Source: Raillietiella orientalis
Lineage: Eukaryota
Direction: 5' to 3'
Assembly: GCA_036172245.1 (NCBI GenBank)
Contig: JAYWIR010000016.1
Location: 310,001 to 374,000, forward strand
DNA length: 64,000 nt
Shown here piece after piece: positions 51,481 to 64,000 of the stretch (within the stretch, counting starts at the first letter, position 1; every line of letters begins with the position of its first letter). The notes below the pieces were generated by a model. It made no database searches, was not told the DNA's origin, and saw nothing but the letters and a program-made list of their open reading frames with translations. The translations under genes were made by a program, and so were the position numbers.

Positions 51481-53700
51481 ACCCGGACACGTCGGGGCGT
51501 TTGTTTTGATAAAAATAAACATCTACGGAAAATTGTGGTTGGACCAGCGGTCCAACCACGTGCCACGTTTTACCAGGATCCTGCCGGGTTACCGGTTCGC
51601 AGGCCGGCGAGGTCCGTCAAGGCAGCAGAGGGGAGGATGCAAACGAAAAAGATAAAAAAAGAAACGAAAATAAAAATAAATGAACGAATTTCGGGGAACG
51701 GGCGGGGGAGGGTGCCAGAAGGGGTCACGTCCTGCTAGCGGCTGCTCTCTGCACCTTCTTTAGGATGCCGGCAAGCTCCTACTGCATAGAGTCCTTCAAG
51801 TGGAGCCATCCGTTGCCATCCCCATGAAGCGGACGACAAAGTGGATGTGACACCCCTGTCGCTCAGTCCTCCTCTTGCATCTCTCCAGAGAGCGACGATC
51901 CCGCGCAGGCAGCAGAGGGCTGCTGGCGAGTCTGACGGCCGAAGGGTGTCGCGAAAGAGGAGGGGTCTCAGAGCGTCTCTGGAGTTGCCGCCAGCGGCGA
52001 AGCGTTCCCAGGAGGGCCAACACACAATCCACAAGCAGGGGGGGGAGGGAGAAGATTCGCGCTCCGTACTTGCCACAGTTTGGATCCGCCCCTCCCTCCT
52101 CCTCGGATTGGAGGTGTGATGGTGAGTCGCCAGATGCCTGTGCAAAAAGACTGGCCAGCAAGTGCCTCAGACTGCTTGTGAACAGGATGACCGGGCGCGC
52201 AGTCCAAAAGTCTCGCTGGCAGGTAGGAGGCGCGCTCGTAACAGCAGCCAACCTCAGAAGTCGGAAGGGAGAGAGTGGTGGTCCACATGTACTGTGAGAG
52301 GCACGGATGGATTGTTTGTTACTTTGTAGTTCCGCTGCTCTCCGCAGCGGCTGAGGAAGCCTTGGCATTTTGACCGGCTCCTGGTCGCGAAAGAATCCCA
52401 GGCACCCTGAAATGGGAAAATCGACAGGGCGGGCCTGAGCTCGGACTGGTAGAAGAAAGCAAAGCCAGAGCATGCAGCTTAGGGGGTGGCTGTGAGTTGT
52501 TGACAAGAAGGACCTCGTCAAGAACCTTGAAACGGGGGAACGCGCGAGTCCCAGTGGTGGCATCACCAGCGGCAGAGGTAGCAGCGACGGGTGGAAGTGA
52601 TAGGGCAAAGGTCCCTGGTTCCCCGAACTGTTCCCGAAGCAGATGGGAATTCATCGCGAAATAGAAATGGCTCGGATGGCTTCCGGTTTGAGATCCGGTC
52701 TCAACACGGCCTCTTTTTTCCCTCTGGCACACGCTTCCGTCTTGCGGGTGGCGCCACCGCCCACCTTTGGCATGTGTCTAACGCTGCCGCCTGTTATGGC
52801 ACCAGAGCAGCCCGAGAGCAGCTTCTCTCCATCCAAGAAGCAGCGCTGCAAGGCGCGTCCCGTATCGTATTCATCATCTGTGAAGGGAGGAGGATGTGGA
52901 ACAAATCGTTGTCGAAGTGGCGTGCGATGCCAACGGCACCATTGGCACCGATGAGACGGCATCTAGCTATGCCCCCTGGATCTTCGAGGCAAACGAAAAG
53001 GAAACGCGCGAGGCGAAGACGAAGCGAGAAGTGTTGGGGATGCCTTGCGGCCTCCGCGGACATGGGCGTGGAATTAGGGAAAGCTCGAGTTTGAGAGAAC
53101 CGGAAGATGGCTGCAACACGGTGCGGGGGCTTCGTTGGTACGGCCACGCTCAACCACGGAAATCGAGGGGAAGGGCGAGTTCTTCGCCTCACGAAGGCGA
53201 ATCCTGCTGGCACTCCACGGAGGAGGCTGATCTGTACAGCGAGATGAATCGATCGGAAGCAGCAATCCTTGTTTCTTGAAGTGGATGGAGGATGGTGCTC
53301 TGGATGCGGGGAGATGCGGGGAGCTCCAGAAGGTTTCCAATGATCTCCAAACGTTGCGTGTTCATGAGCGAGCCAGGTCGGGGAGCTGGTTGTGGACGAT
53401 GGGAGACGCGTCCCACGCGCAGCACACCTAGCAACGGGAGGGTTCCAGATGACCGAACAGAGAGGATAGGGGAGCCAAGACCTCGCGGAACCAGCAGCAC
53501 CACTGAAATGCCTTCCCACCAAGGAGACTCTCTGCTATCTGTGCGAGGGTGCACAACCCACGCAGCTTCCTCCTACTGCATCAGTCTTTCGAGTCGTCAT
53601 CCCGCAGCCACTCTGCCGCACGCCACCTACCACTTTCCGTCGAGCCGCCGGACTGAAAGCCTGTCGTCGTTCCGTGCAAACGGAACTCGACATGTGTGTT
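51481..53700 (-). mobile_element. Decayed non-LTR retrotransposon, family A copy 5
   Basis: Minus strand: PLSSLF (QGCPLSPLLF remnant, ~53465), PKVGGG (~52760), DPNCGKYG..LLVDC and RDALRPLLFRDTLRPSDSPAALCCLRGIVALW (52090-51880), terminus AACAAACGCCCCGACGTGTCCGGGT ending at 51481. Confidence 0.82.
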
Positions 53701-54899
53701 TGATTAAACGAGTGCAAGCGGAGTAACTGGAAGAACGGGACGGAGGAGGGGGGAGGGGATAAGCTGGCTGACTACTTTCCTGTTGTCGTGAAGCGCGGAT
53801 CGAATCTCGAAAGTTGCCTCATCTCGGAGATAAGTAAACAGGAAACCTGGCTGCAGTTGAAATCGAGAACGGCTCGTGCAAACGTCGAGTGTGCTTCGCG
53901 GATTTTTTGGCCACGCTGCGAACCGACAGCCGCGACGTCATGACCCATGGATGCTTGGCGAGGACATCGCTTTTCCGGAGGGAGAAAATCGGGGAGGGGA
54001 GAAAAAAAAGGGAGGAGAGTAGGTGCGCTCACGCCCTGCAAATCTTTGAACCTACTTTTGAATTTCATACCTTTGGAAAAACGCAACCCAGGGCGGTTGT
54101 ACACGCATCGGAAGAGGAAATTCTATTCTGAGCGGCACATACCGCAGAGATGCTGGTTCCCCAGGTCCTCGAGGACCCACCCACCCTCCAGAGCAGAAAA
54201 ACAGGCGCCGTTTTCATCGCTTTTCGTCTTTTTCTTTCTTTCTTTCCATTTTCTTTTTTTCCTTCTGTTTTTTGGCATCACTATCGAGGATCAGAGTGCC
54301 TTCGCGGCAGCGGTCGCGCCTTCCCTCACCGCAAGATGGAAGGGCCGTTTCGCATCTCTTTCGCGAGCGGTTTCCGAGAGCGAACTCGGAGGTGGAAACT
54401 TGCCCTCGAAAAGCAGAAGAGGTGCTTTCTTGCCTCGAGGCAGGATCGTGGAGGTCGCGGCGACTCAAACCGAGGTAGTTCTAGCTAGAAAGGGCGCGTG
54501 CTCCAGAATACGGAGAGGCTCACAAACGGCGCCCATCTACAGATAGGGGGACCGTGGAACCCCCCCCCCCCCCCTCCATTTCCCACCCTTCCTGCAAGGA
54601 AAGGTGCTCAAAGGCCGGGAGGGATTCCCTCAGCAAAGCGGCCGGGCAATGGAAACGCACGGTGCTGATAATCGAAATCTATTCGCACGTCTTGCGGGCG
54701 AGCTTTGGGTGATCAGCTGATCCCAAACCGCTGTTGCCAACAGCGGGCTTTTCGCAGGAAATGGTCGGTACGGGATCGATGCTGCGACGCTTGCAAAATA
54801 CGGATGGATGATCAAGGAGAGAAAAGAGAGCATGGGAACAGCATGCTGGAGCTCTATCATGTGCGGTCCGTTGGGTTCAGGCCGTCCTGCAGCTTGCCT

Positions 54900-57800
54900 C
54901 CGGCCTCTCGGTAGATTTCTTGCTGTTAGGCTGTCGCGTGATCCCTCCTCTGGGCCCGCTAACTCGCCGCTTGCCCCCTTCGTCCTCGACTGGGTTGTGG
55001 CTTGCCTCTCAGCCCGCTTCTGGTGTCCGATCACGAGAAGGAAACCGGAAGAAACCGCTGATAAAAGACCTCCGGTGGCCTCGCACCCCGTTCGAGGGAG
55101 ACCAGAAGAGGAAGGCGAGCAAGATTCATCCTGAGGAGCAACACGGAAAGCGAGGTCACCTAAAGGCCAGGGGTAGCTCAGTGACCCGAGCTCCCAGTCT
55201 CCGCGACCTGATTGCTTGGTCAGAGACCAGACGAAGACCTTCCTCTCCCTCAAGGAGCAAAGCGGCGCGGCCCATCCCGCTCTCACTTTCGCGCGCTTCG
55301 CGTCGCCAGCACTCCTCGTGGCGGCGAAGCACTCTCGCGTCGATAACGGCTCCGCGAGTCCCTTGGGTTCCGTACTGGCGCCCTGTTTTGAGCGCTCCAG
55401 GGGGAACTCCTCCCCCGAGCCAGTGACCCATTCTTTGAGCAAGCACCTGTGCTTGCTTTCGCAGTCATCCCTTACCCCCACCCCAGTCCTAGGACTGTGA
55501 GGCGTCGGGCGCTCGCAGATATAATGGGACCTGCTACTCGTCCGTTCCGGTTCTCCCAAGGAGGTCGGGGAAGAGGAGACGAGTTATTGGCAAGGGAACC
55601 TCGTGGTATGAAAGCCGTCCCAAGGGTAGAGACGAGAAGGAGCGCCGGCAACTCAGTGCACCTTATCTTGTCGCTTCGCTTCAGCAGTTCGTCTTCGAGC
55701 AGGCGTTCCCGGAACGGCTTCCGCGTCTTTACGCCCTGGTGCATCCGGAACGGCGCGCCCGGTACGAAGGGGCAGAGAAGGCCCTTTTCTCTTCATCCTT
55801 AGATCCGGAAGGGCCTGCAGGATGCGGGGGACACGGAGACTTCCAAGGACAGAGCCTGGAAAGGCTTGCCGCCGCCGCCCGTCATGGGGGCGAAGGGATG
55901 AAGAGCGCTCTGAAGAGGCTAGGAGGGCAGACTTGCGGAAGAAAGGGCAGGCCGTTGATGCTGCCAGTGACTTCAGGGAGTCCCCTCCGTTCGATCCCCG
56001 AGGGTCATCCATCGCAGCCAGCGGCGGCCCATCCCGGGATTTCTACATGCCTGCCACAGGAGTGTTTGGTGTTCGAGCGCGCCAGCACCGAAGGGACTCA
56101 CCATCTCTTGGGGGCCTTCCCTTCTCATGATTTTTCTAGTGCATAGTCCCAAGAATTCCTTCCCTCCCGACCAAGCCCTTATCTTAGGGGTTCTGAGTCG
56201 TTCCTGAGTTCCCATAGGGGCACACAACGCCCAGAGAGTTGACTCCTGCTTCTCTCTGGACCACCAGATCGGGTCGCAGCTTGCAGTGCATCCCAGGGAT
56301 AGGTCATATAGAGGTCATAAGCTCCCTATGCCTCCGCTTGACCATCAGGATGCGGAATATCAGTTCGTTGTATCTTTCGGTAATCGAGTTTGAGCTGCTG
56401 ATGCAGCTGCTCCTGATGCTGAGGCTGTTTTCTCCCCTCCTTCCTGCCAATCACCGCCCCTGGTGGGCGATGCTTGCGCAAGCAGAAGACTGAGCCACAC
56501 CGCGTAGTTGTCCGCACTTCTAGAGTGTTCGAAAGGTGTTGTCCGACGCACAGCACGGCCTTCCCTCGGTGAGGGAACTCTTCCCTGCGTTGGACCGTTA
56601 GACGGGGTGATGACGAAGTCCTCCTCGTTTCCTCCGAGGGTGGTCCTCTTCCCTTTCTGAAGAAGCGCCGAAGTCACACTCCATTCGACCGGCAGCCTAC
56701 GGTCTGGGTGCCACCGGACCCGTTCGACTTCCCCTCCAGTAGCCACCGGACGTTTATTCTACCAGACCTTCATCCGTCGGTGGCGCCTCTTTTTCATCAC
56801 TGGGCGCGAGGTCTTGCACGGCCGTCCCTGCAGAATTTAGAAGTCTGCAAACACTCTCTGACTCGTCCGGTGAGCTGGGTGATGGTGTTTTCGCAGTCTT
56901 TCCATCGGCAGCTTCCGCCTCCAGTTCCTGCCGTTGCTGCTGATGTCGAGGAGAATGCCTTCAAGCAAGCATCCTGGTTCGCAAATCGGGAATGAAAAGT
57001 CTCCAATACTTGATAGACAGGTAATGATAAAACAAGCCGGATGTCCCGGAAATCCGATTACTGCAGCCCAAAAATCAAATTGTGGATTCAAGAAAGGGCT
57101 CGACGAGGTACATGACGGCGGAGGATTTTCCTCCGTGCAAGTAGCACGGAGGTAGTCCAATAGGCGTTCCGAACAAAAAAAAAAAAAAAAAAGGAAAATG
57201 GGAAAAGCAGAACAAGGTGGAAAAGAGAAAGACTTAGGAGAGTACAAGACCCAAAGTTGAAGATCTCACCTCGAGCGAGGTCATGGTTCACGAATGAATC
57301 ACGAAATTCTCCGGGGACATGCTTGCGTCCGGTCACAAGAAGGCGTAGCGATTCGTTGAGCGGCAATCACAAGGCGCAGATAATTTTCCAGAATGGAAAT
57401 TTCGCCGTTCAGATTCACACACGTGCGCATACACCCTACGCACGACACACGAGGTATAAACGAGCATTCCACACACCCTTTCTACAGTCCAACCAGAGGT
57501 GGGTGAGTTTATTCAGCAAACAAGCACTGCCACTTTGACGATTCGTTGGTCGTTCTTCGTGTCGCTGAGGCCCTCGCGGGCAAGTCACTGCACCGTCCTG
57601 GCCGCGCACTGCAGTATCCTTAGACAGTGCTGCGGGGTCCAAGATGGTATCCCCCCGGCACACACGAATGCCGACTTCCTTCGTCAGGAATCCTTGCAGA
57701 AGATCCCGGGACCTCGCCAGCTTCGTCCTCCTGATGAGGATGCTCCTCAGGAAGGCGACGATTCAGCACGGTGGGGTTGCAGCGGGGCACGCCGTCTTCG

Positions 57801-59159
57801 CTATCCAACAGTCCTCTCAGGATGTCCAGATTGAGGTGTTGTCCAGTCCGATGGCTCGCCGCGCCACTCTCCAGTCCCGGATGGGTGCGCAACAGGTGCA
57901 GACACGGAGGTCGTCTTCAGACGATCCACAAGCCGGGCGTCTGATCGTTGTCGGGGTTCCTGGTCCAGAGTCGGAGTCTCGTCCCGCACAGGATGCCTCC
58001 GTGATAAAAGGTCAGGAGGCAACTTCCAGAAAGCCGTCGTGATGGCCTGCGGGCTGACCGCCGGGTTCGCTGAACCTGGCCCGCGTCCTGCTCAGCGCTT
58101 CCTCTGCGGTGGCTGCGACCGGCATCTGCACGTTACCGGCTCGCCACACGCCCCACATGGGCGGCGGGCAGCTTTTGCACCGCTGCGGCCCTTGTGTGGC
58201 CTGTGGGCAACACACAGGGCCAACAACGCTGGCGTCACAGTTCCGCTTGACTGTTGTCAGACAATAATAATTCGAGCTTTCAGTTTCCCCCTCGTTCGTT
58301 GCCATCATTTTCTGACCCGTCGCTTCTGGAAGATTTTCCAAGGTGAGGCAGCAAGCCTTTTCCTCTCCCCAGGAGCTCACTGCGCAAGAGTGCTGGCTGA
58401 CAGGGAATTACACTCGCAGCTCATTACAGGAATGTGATGTTTTTCTATATGTGCCACATGTGAATCCTGACAAGTCGATGCACCAGCAGCCACGATGATT
58501 CCCTGTCATCGGCCCGTGGACAGCGATACCTCTCACTCACCGGACACGTGGAAGTGTGGATGCCCTGTGTGACCGATGCGGCGAGAAAGAGACATCCTCC
58601 ACCTTCTTGTGGACTGCATCGCCCTCCGTCCACTCTGGAATCGCCTTGCGACGATCCTGAACGTTGGTGGAGGCGCCCCCAGGGACATTTTCAGACGCCT
58701 CTTCTTGCGTGCCTCCCTGCCCCCGACCGCGTCTGTAGCAGTGCTGTGCTGCATTCGTGGAATCGTGGAGGTGTGGAACGTGTCCAGAAGAGGTCGAAAT
58801 GGCAGGGATGCCATCCACTGGACGCGCATCCTTGTGCGGAGCATTTCCAGGTGGCCCCACCTGGGTGCAAGCAGGACACAGCTTGCTCGGATCCTGAACA
58901 GGATCTAGAGGACCGCTCCACGCGCAGTGTGATCCCTTTCCCGCCCTCCCCACCCCTCGACGTTTATCCCCTCCCCACGTTACACCTTTTTGTTTCTTTT
59001 TGTTTGGTTTATCCCTACCCCAGCGCGTTGTATGGACCTCGCCAGTCTCTGCACTGGCAACCAGCAAGTTGCGGTGACAAGGTGAGCCCTTAGGTTCACC
59101 ACGAGAAAATCTTATTGCACCTTTTATTTTATATAATTAAATGCCCCGCATATCCGGGT
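54900..59159 (+). mobile_element. Near full-length ORF2 region of a decayed non-LTR retrotransposon, family A copy 6
   Basis: APE-endonuclease-like DLIAWSET (~55205), FYQTF (~56755), RPVT (~57326), IRWSFF (~57541), GVQDGIP (~57634), zf-RVT CDRCGEKE..HLLVDCIALRPLWNRL..LCCIRGIVEVW (58567-58780), terminus ATTAAATGCCCCGCATATCCGGGT ending at 59159. Many frameshifts and stops. Confidence 0.8.
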
Positions 59160-60949
59160 TAAAACGATGCCTCGAAGGTGTTTGCTACGATGATGTTTGT
59201 TGTGCAAATCGAAACAAACGCAGCAAACGGCCAAGGTAAATGCGGCAATCGTATGCAAACATATCTGTACATAAATGTATTTTTTTGTGAATGTTTGCCT
59301 ATACAGAAAGATGTATGTGTATACGTTGACGTGTGCGCATTATTGTTTGATTGAGCTTTTCTTACGACGTGATCTTCCCGATGAAGAGAGGCATTGCTGC
59401 AGCGGATATTGCTTTAAAACTTATTAGTACAATTCCAAACATGCGCTGCACGGAAAAAAAATCAGTTTAACGTAACGCTCATCGGGTTCGGAATTTGGAC
59501 CCGTTTCCGCGAAGGGATAATCACTCATCTCCCGAACCTATTCTTTGGTTGTTTTTTCCCCTATTCGCCTTAATCGCACTCGCTTCGATGATGAACGGTG
59601 CCCCTCTTACGAGGCATCCTTTGATCCCAGCAATGGGGGCAATCTTTTTTTTGGCAGCAGGTTGCCCACCGCTACACTACGCGGGAAGATGGAGGGGAGA
59701 GGGGGGGAGGGGAAGGGTGCATAACTCGCTCCTCACCTTGCAGAACCTTCAATCTGGAAGCCGTCTCCACGTCCCGCTTTTCATCTTCCGCCGCCGGGTA
59801 ATCGGTAGTGGGAGAGGAACAAAAGACCTGCCTGGACGTAAAGGAATGTGCCTACGCGCTCGCACAGAAAACCAGATTTAATCTTGGTCCGGGACAAAAG
59901 GCATCCGGTGCAACCAGAAGGTGCCTGAAATGCGGTTCATGCAGAGTGATGCTGGCTGTGATAACCGACCAAAAAAGAAAAAAAATAAAATAAAATAATG
60001 CTTTGAGTCGCGAATCTATAAATAATGGGATCCCAGGAGAGAGACGAAGTAGCGAAGCAATCGTCTCGTTTGCTCGCGAAATCATAGGGAGACTTATCCC
60101 GTGGGAGTGGGAGGCGAAGCGGGTTCGAAGGGAAGCGTGAACCACGCGGCGCCATTTGTTTTTGCCCGTTCCGAACGGGGGCAGTTGCTGCGGGGAACCT
60201 GGAGAAGATAGGTCTCGGTGAGAAAATCGAGCGGATTAGCGGGCAGACGCACGCTGCCGAGTTACTCTTGCAAAACCTCATCCATTTATCGGAACTCCTG
60301 ATCTATTCCTTTATTTGCCCGTCGTGGAAGTCCTCGGTTCCTGTGACGGAAGAAATACGTCTGGCCCGCCGGTTCTTCTCGCGATCCCTCCTCCGCGCAA
60401 TTTGTATCCGGTCTCTGTGCGGAAGCGCATCCTTCGAAAAATTCCTCATGCGTGGCAGGAAGCATGAGAATTCGGGAATCGCATGCATGTACGGGATGGA
60501 AGGCAGGAATCTGAACGAAACTCAACGGCAGGACGGACGGAATCAGGAAGCAGAAAGGGAACGCACCAGGTCGGTCCACCGCCACGTTTGTTGGGAAGAG
60601 GGGGAGCCTCTGACGTGAGAATGAGGGTGTGGGATATTCTTTTCGAAGGGAAGGGCATCCTCGCGACGTGTATGATCCCCCCTTCCGTCAGCACTCCCTT
60701 ACGACCTCCCCTTCGTCTTTCAGTTGCCCCTATTCTGGAGGGCTCTAATTTTCGATCTTGCGGACATCCGATTTCGGCGCTTCTTCCGAAGGAGGGCTAC
60801 GACCAGCCAAAGGCAGTGGCTTCTGAGGTGAGGAGAGACAAGGGAAAAAACATGGAACTGGGTTTTCAGGGTCGGGGCGCAGACATATTTCTTTCTTTCT
60901 TTCTATGAAGTAACTGAGACAGCGGAGTTTGCAAGTTTCAGTTCCCTTG

Positions 60950-62790
60950 TCTCAAACAGAAATATTGCCGCATATAGCGGTATTATAATGAACTGTGTAC
61001 ACGACTGCTGTACAGTGTTGATACGCATTGATGTCCTCCTGTATTGCAACGATATCTTTGTTTCACCTATCGCTCATCACTCTCATAGACTCGCCTCCAG
61101 GGAAGCTGAGAGCTGATAAAGTGCATAGCTGACAGAACGCTCTATCGTCAACACTAAGTGTTCTTGCTACACGTCTTTCGCCTTGGAAGATCAGGTGGCT
61201 CAGATCTCGTACCCAAACGGCCATCCCTACTGAAAGCGTACCTTGGGGATCGTGAGAAAGGCAGCCTGGCCTGCTCGCTCACGGGAATGGAAGTTTCCTT
61301 GACGATGACGTCATGTGCTGCTAGTCGCTCGCGTGCAGCGGCCATAACGGTAGTCTTGAGTACTCCATCGGCTGCTTTCAAGACCCTGTCAAAGTGAGGA
61401 AGGTTGGAGTTTCGATTCCTGCTTGAGAAATCCGCGATGTCAGTTTCCATAGTGAGGCGGATGGCTGCAAAAACGTGCTTGCTCGAGGTCGAGAAACCAG
61501 GAAACACAGAAAGGCATGGATACAGATGGTGCACAGATGGTGTGAGTTGATACATCTTTTCAGGAGTTCACCCTTTCATCGGAGGATCTTCAGAACGATA
61601 GTATTTTCTGCAGCTTCTTTTGTCTACTGTTGTACTGTTGTACTCGTTGTGATTCCAGATCTTCCACGAGGCCAGCACCATGCTCCGAATCTCCTGCGCG
61701 AAAGCCGAAGATTTATGCCGTGAAGATAGAACAAAGAGCTGAAAATGGATCTGCATCCCACAAGAAGTAGCTGTCCCAGCAGTTGGCGAGCTCAAGGAAG
61801 AGACGATGCTTCGTCAAAGTCGTTACTATACACAAAGAGAAGCAATCTAGAAAAGACCTTACCATCCCAATCTGAACAGACATCACTAGTGCTTCTCCTT
61901 GCTTGCTTTCGTCTGCTGTCGAGCTGACCATTTGGAACAGGAGCTGACCACGGATCCTGGCCAAGAGAGCAGTCGGCTCAGAGGAACTCACTTTCAGAGG
62001 GACTCCGTTCCTCTTTACGGCTACCGAAGACTACGCTACCAGCTTCGGCAGATGGTTGCCTTGGCACAAGACCGGACCTCCTGCCCGCTGCCGAACCGTA
62101 ATTCCTGGAAACAGGAAGCAGTTAGGCGTGGGAAAGAGTCAGCGGCAGGAGCCTGGAAGGAACGCAATGTCTGCAACATTCTAACTACGATCGCTACTCG
62201 CTGAAGGAGGTTATGGGCTACTCGAGGAAGACCCTGTGGGACCAGAAAGCTCCTCTTGCTATGACCCTGTCATCCCTACGAAATAGTCAGGACAGCCACC
62301 ATTCCGGAAGATGGAAAACCGCGAGATCGCAGGAAAAAAGAAGACACTGGGATGCTGGACGGCGCGTCAGCTGGCTGAGCTTCCGCCCCCACCTCCTTCC
62401 CCAAAGGAATTCGTTCGGAGGATCTCCTTAGAATCCTATGAAAAGAAGTGGAGATCCTCTCGTACTGCTCCATGCTTCCCCCGAAGTGGCAGCACTCACG
62501 GTTGTGACTGCCGTGCAGCGCAAGCTTTTACCATTGGACCAGGGGAACCGTGACCCCAGACTGTAAAGGTGCGCCGAAAGGGAAACCTTGCTGCATCTGC
62601 TTTTGGAGTGTGTTTCCCTCTGGTGTGTCTGGGGACTTCTGACTACGTCCCTGAACTTTCTCGAAGACCACCCGAGGACATTATTCAGACATCGCTTCAT
62701 GCTGTCGCCTGCCGCGGTGATCGCAGTTTTGTGCTGCGTCCGCGGAATCATGGCGGCTAAAAGTCCCGACGACACTTGCACTCTCTAGGT
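60950..62790 (+). mobile_element. Decayed non-LTR retrotransposon, family A copy 7 (3' UTR missing)
   Basis: YLG remnant (~61240) and RCAERETLLHLLLECVSLW..AVLCCVRGIMAA (62567-62760) align with the C-terminus of the other copies; the terminal module is not found downstream. Confidence 0.7.
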
Positions 62791-64000
62791 CAAAATCCGA
62801 TGGAGAAATCCAAACTTGTCCACTAAATGGATGGAGACACAAATATGGTTAAGGAGTCCCCTATGTAAAGCTGTGGAACCCTCGGTGTTGTCCCCTCCAC
62901 TCATCTTACTGAAGAATGCATTCAATTGTGAGGAACTGGCCACGATCCCTTCATGCAGCCGCAGGCGCGATCGACGTCTGTGCCATCTGCTGCGTATAAC
63001 TGTGTTACTACTGACTGTCCCTGAGTGGATCTGCCGCCCGCTCAACTGCTAAAGGAATCACCGAACAAGTGGATCCTCCTCCAAAGAACATTCCTTCAGA
63101 AATAGTGCTATCTCCATGACCCTTTCCCCTTTCCCAAGAGAGGACGCTCTTGCGCTAGAGTGAGACGGCATGGGATGTCCTCTCCCCTCCCCTATTCCTT
63201 GTTTCTTGGTTCTTCTGTTGACTTCTGTGTGTGCTGTTGTGCCTGATGCCGCAAGCGCTCCCGTTATTCAAAAAATTTAACTTGCGGCTGCAGGAATGCA
63301 TTCTTCGTATCCAGGAATCGACGCCCTCCGAACGGATGGAGCTGTAGGCACGGTTGACAGTCGAGAGGTCACCCTTCATGCGAGGGCTGACTCCATGTGC
63401 TCATTCTGCTGAAAGAAGAGACGCACTCCGAGGGCATAGGCTGCATCCTTCCACACATCTGCCACGGCCAACACATCTGCCACCCACTTCGCTAAACTGA
63501 AACCGAATGCACTTCATGCAGCTCCGAATGCTTAACGGCAGGAGTCCCCAGAGAGACCGACTCTCCTTCTCTCGTTTCTCCCTTCTTCCCTCCCCTTCCC
63601 CTCCTCCTCTTCCTCTTTGCCCACCCTTCCTCCTCCTTCCCTTCCACCTCCACCGTCTTGGAGCGGCTCCGAGTTGCAGAGTATCGCCTCTGAGAGGGAT
63701 CTCTGCGGCGAGCGGGGTCAAGGGGGAAGGTCGCCGCCGGTGAGCAACGACAGCCCTGTTCCTCCCTCAAGCGATGCCAACCCTCGGGCATCCTCCGCGC
63801 CGGCTGTGGAACCGGCCGGTTCAAATCCCCCTAGCAACGGTAATACCCACTGCTTCGCAAAACCCACTCTCAGTGACATCCTGGACGAGGCTGCTTGCCT
63901 CCCTAGTGCTCAGCGCGATACCATCCCAGACTTCATGCGGCCCTCCTTCGTTCCGAAGGATGAAGAAGACATGTGGATTCCTGCAGCGTGTGTGTGGGGG

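Noticed and set aside
59500..59970. Possible LINE ORF1 remnant (RRCLKCGS)
   Set aside because: A single partial knuckle motif is too weak to call.

Overview
Metazoan, probably arthropod, nuclear DNA; nearly all of the supplied six-frame ORFs are chance ORFs in GC-rich sequence. Two real spliced genes can be reconstructed by hand, lying head to head about 20 kb apart. One is the 5' part of SZT2 (KICSTOR scaffold; minus strand, 15 coding exons and 913 codons between 20591 and 2661, running off the left edge). The other is a complete GPATCH2-like gene (plus strand, 40487-42200, 9 coding exons, 451 aa, all introns 38-55 nt). Much of the rest is decayed non-LTR retrotransposon sequence (APE endonuclease / RT / zf-RVT, L1-Tx1-like). 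Six copies of one family keep a common 3' terminal RNA module: a U-rich tract, a candidate pseudoknot, a hairpin conserved in position but not sequence, an AATAAA-like signal and a terminal CCCGG-N5-CCGGGT hairpin, mostly without a poly(A) tail. One copy is fused directly to a degenerate 28S rRNA fragment that stops in the hidden-break region and is capped by a long palindrome. Three copies of a tRNA-headed element, two with an internal ~40-nt tandem array, are also present. Base composition flips between AT-rich/CpG-poor gene-proximal domains and GC/CpG-rich domains, with one switch inside SZT2. Everything was read by eye; no database searches or folding programs were run, and transposon boundaries are approximate.
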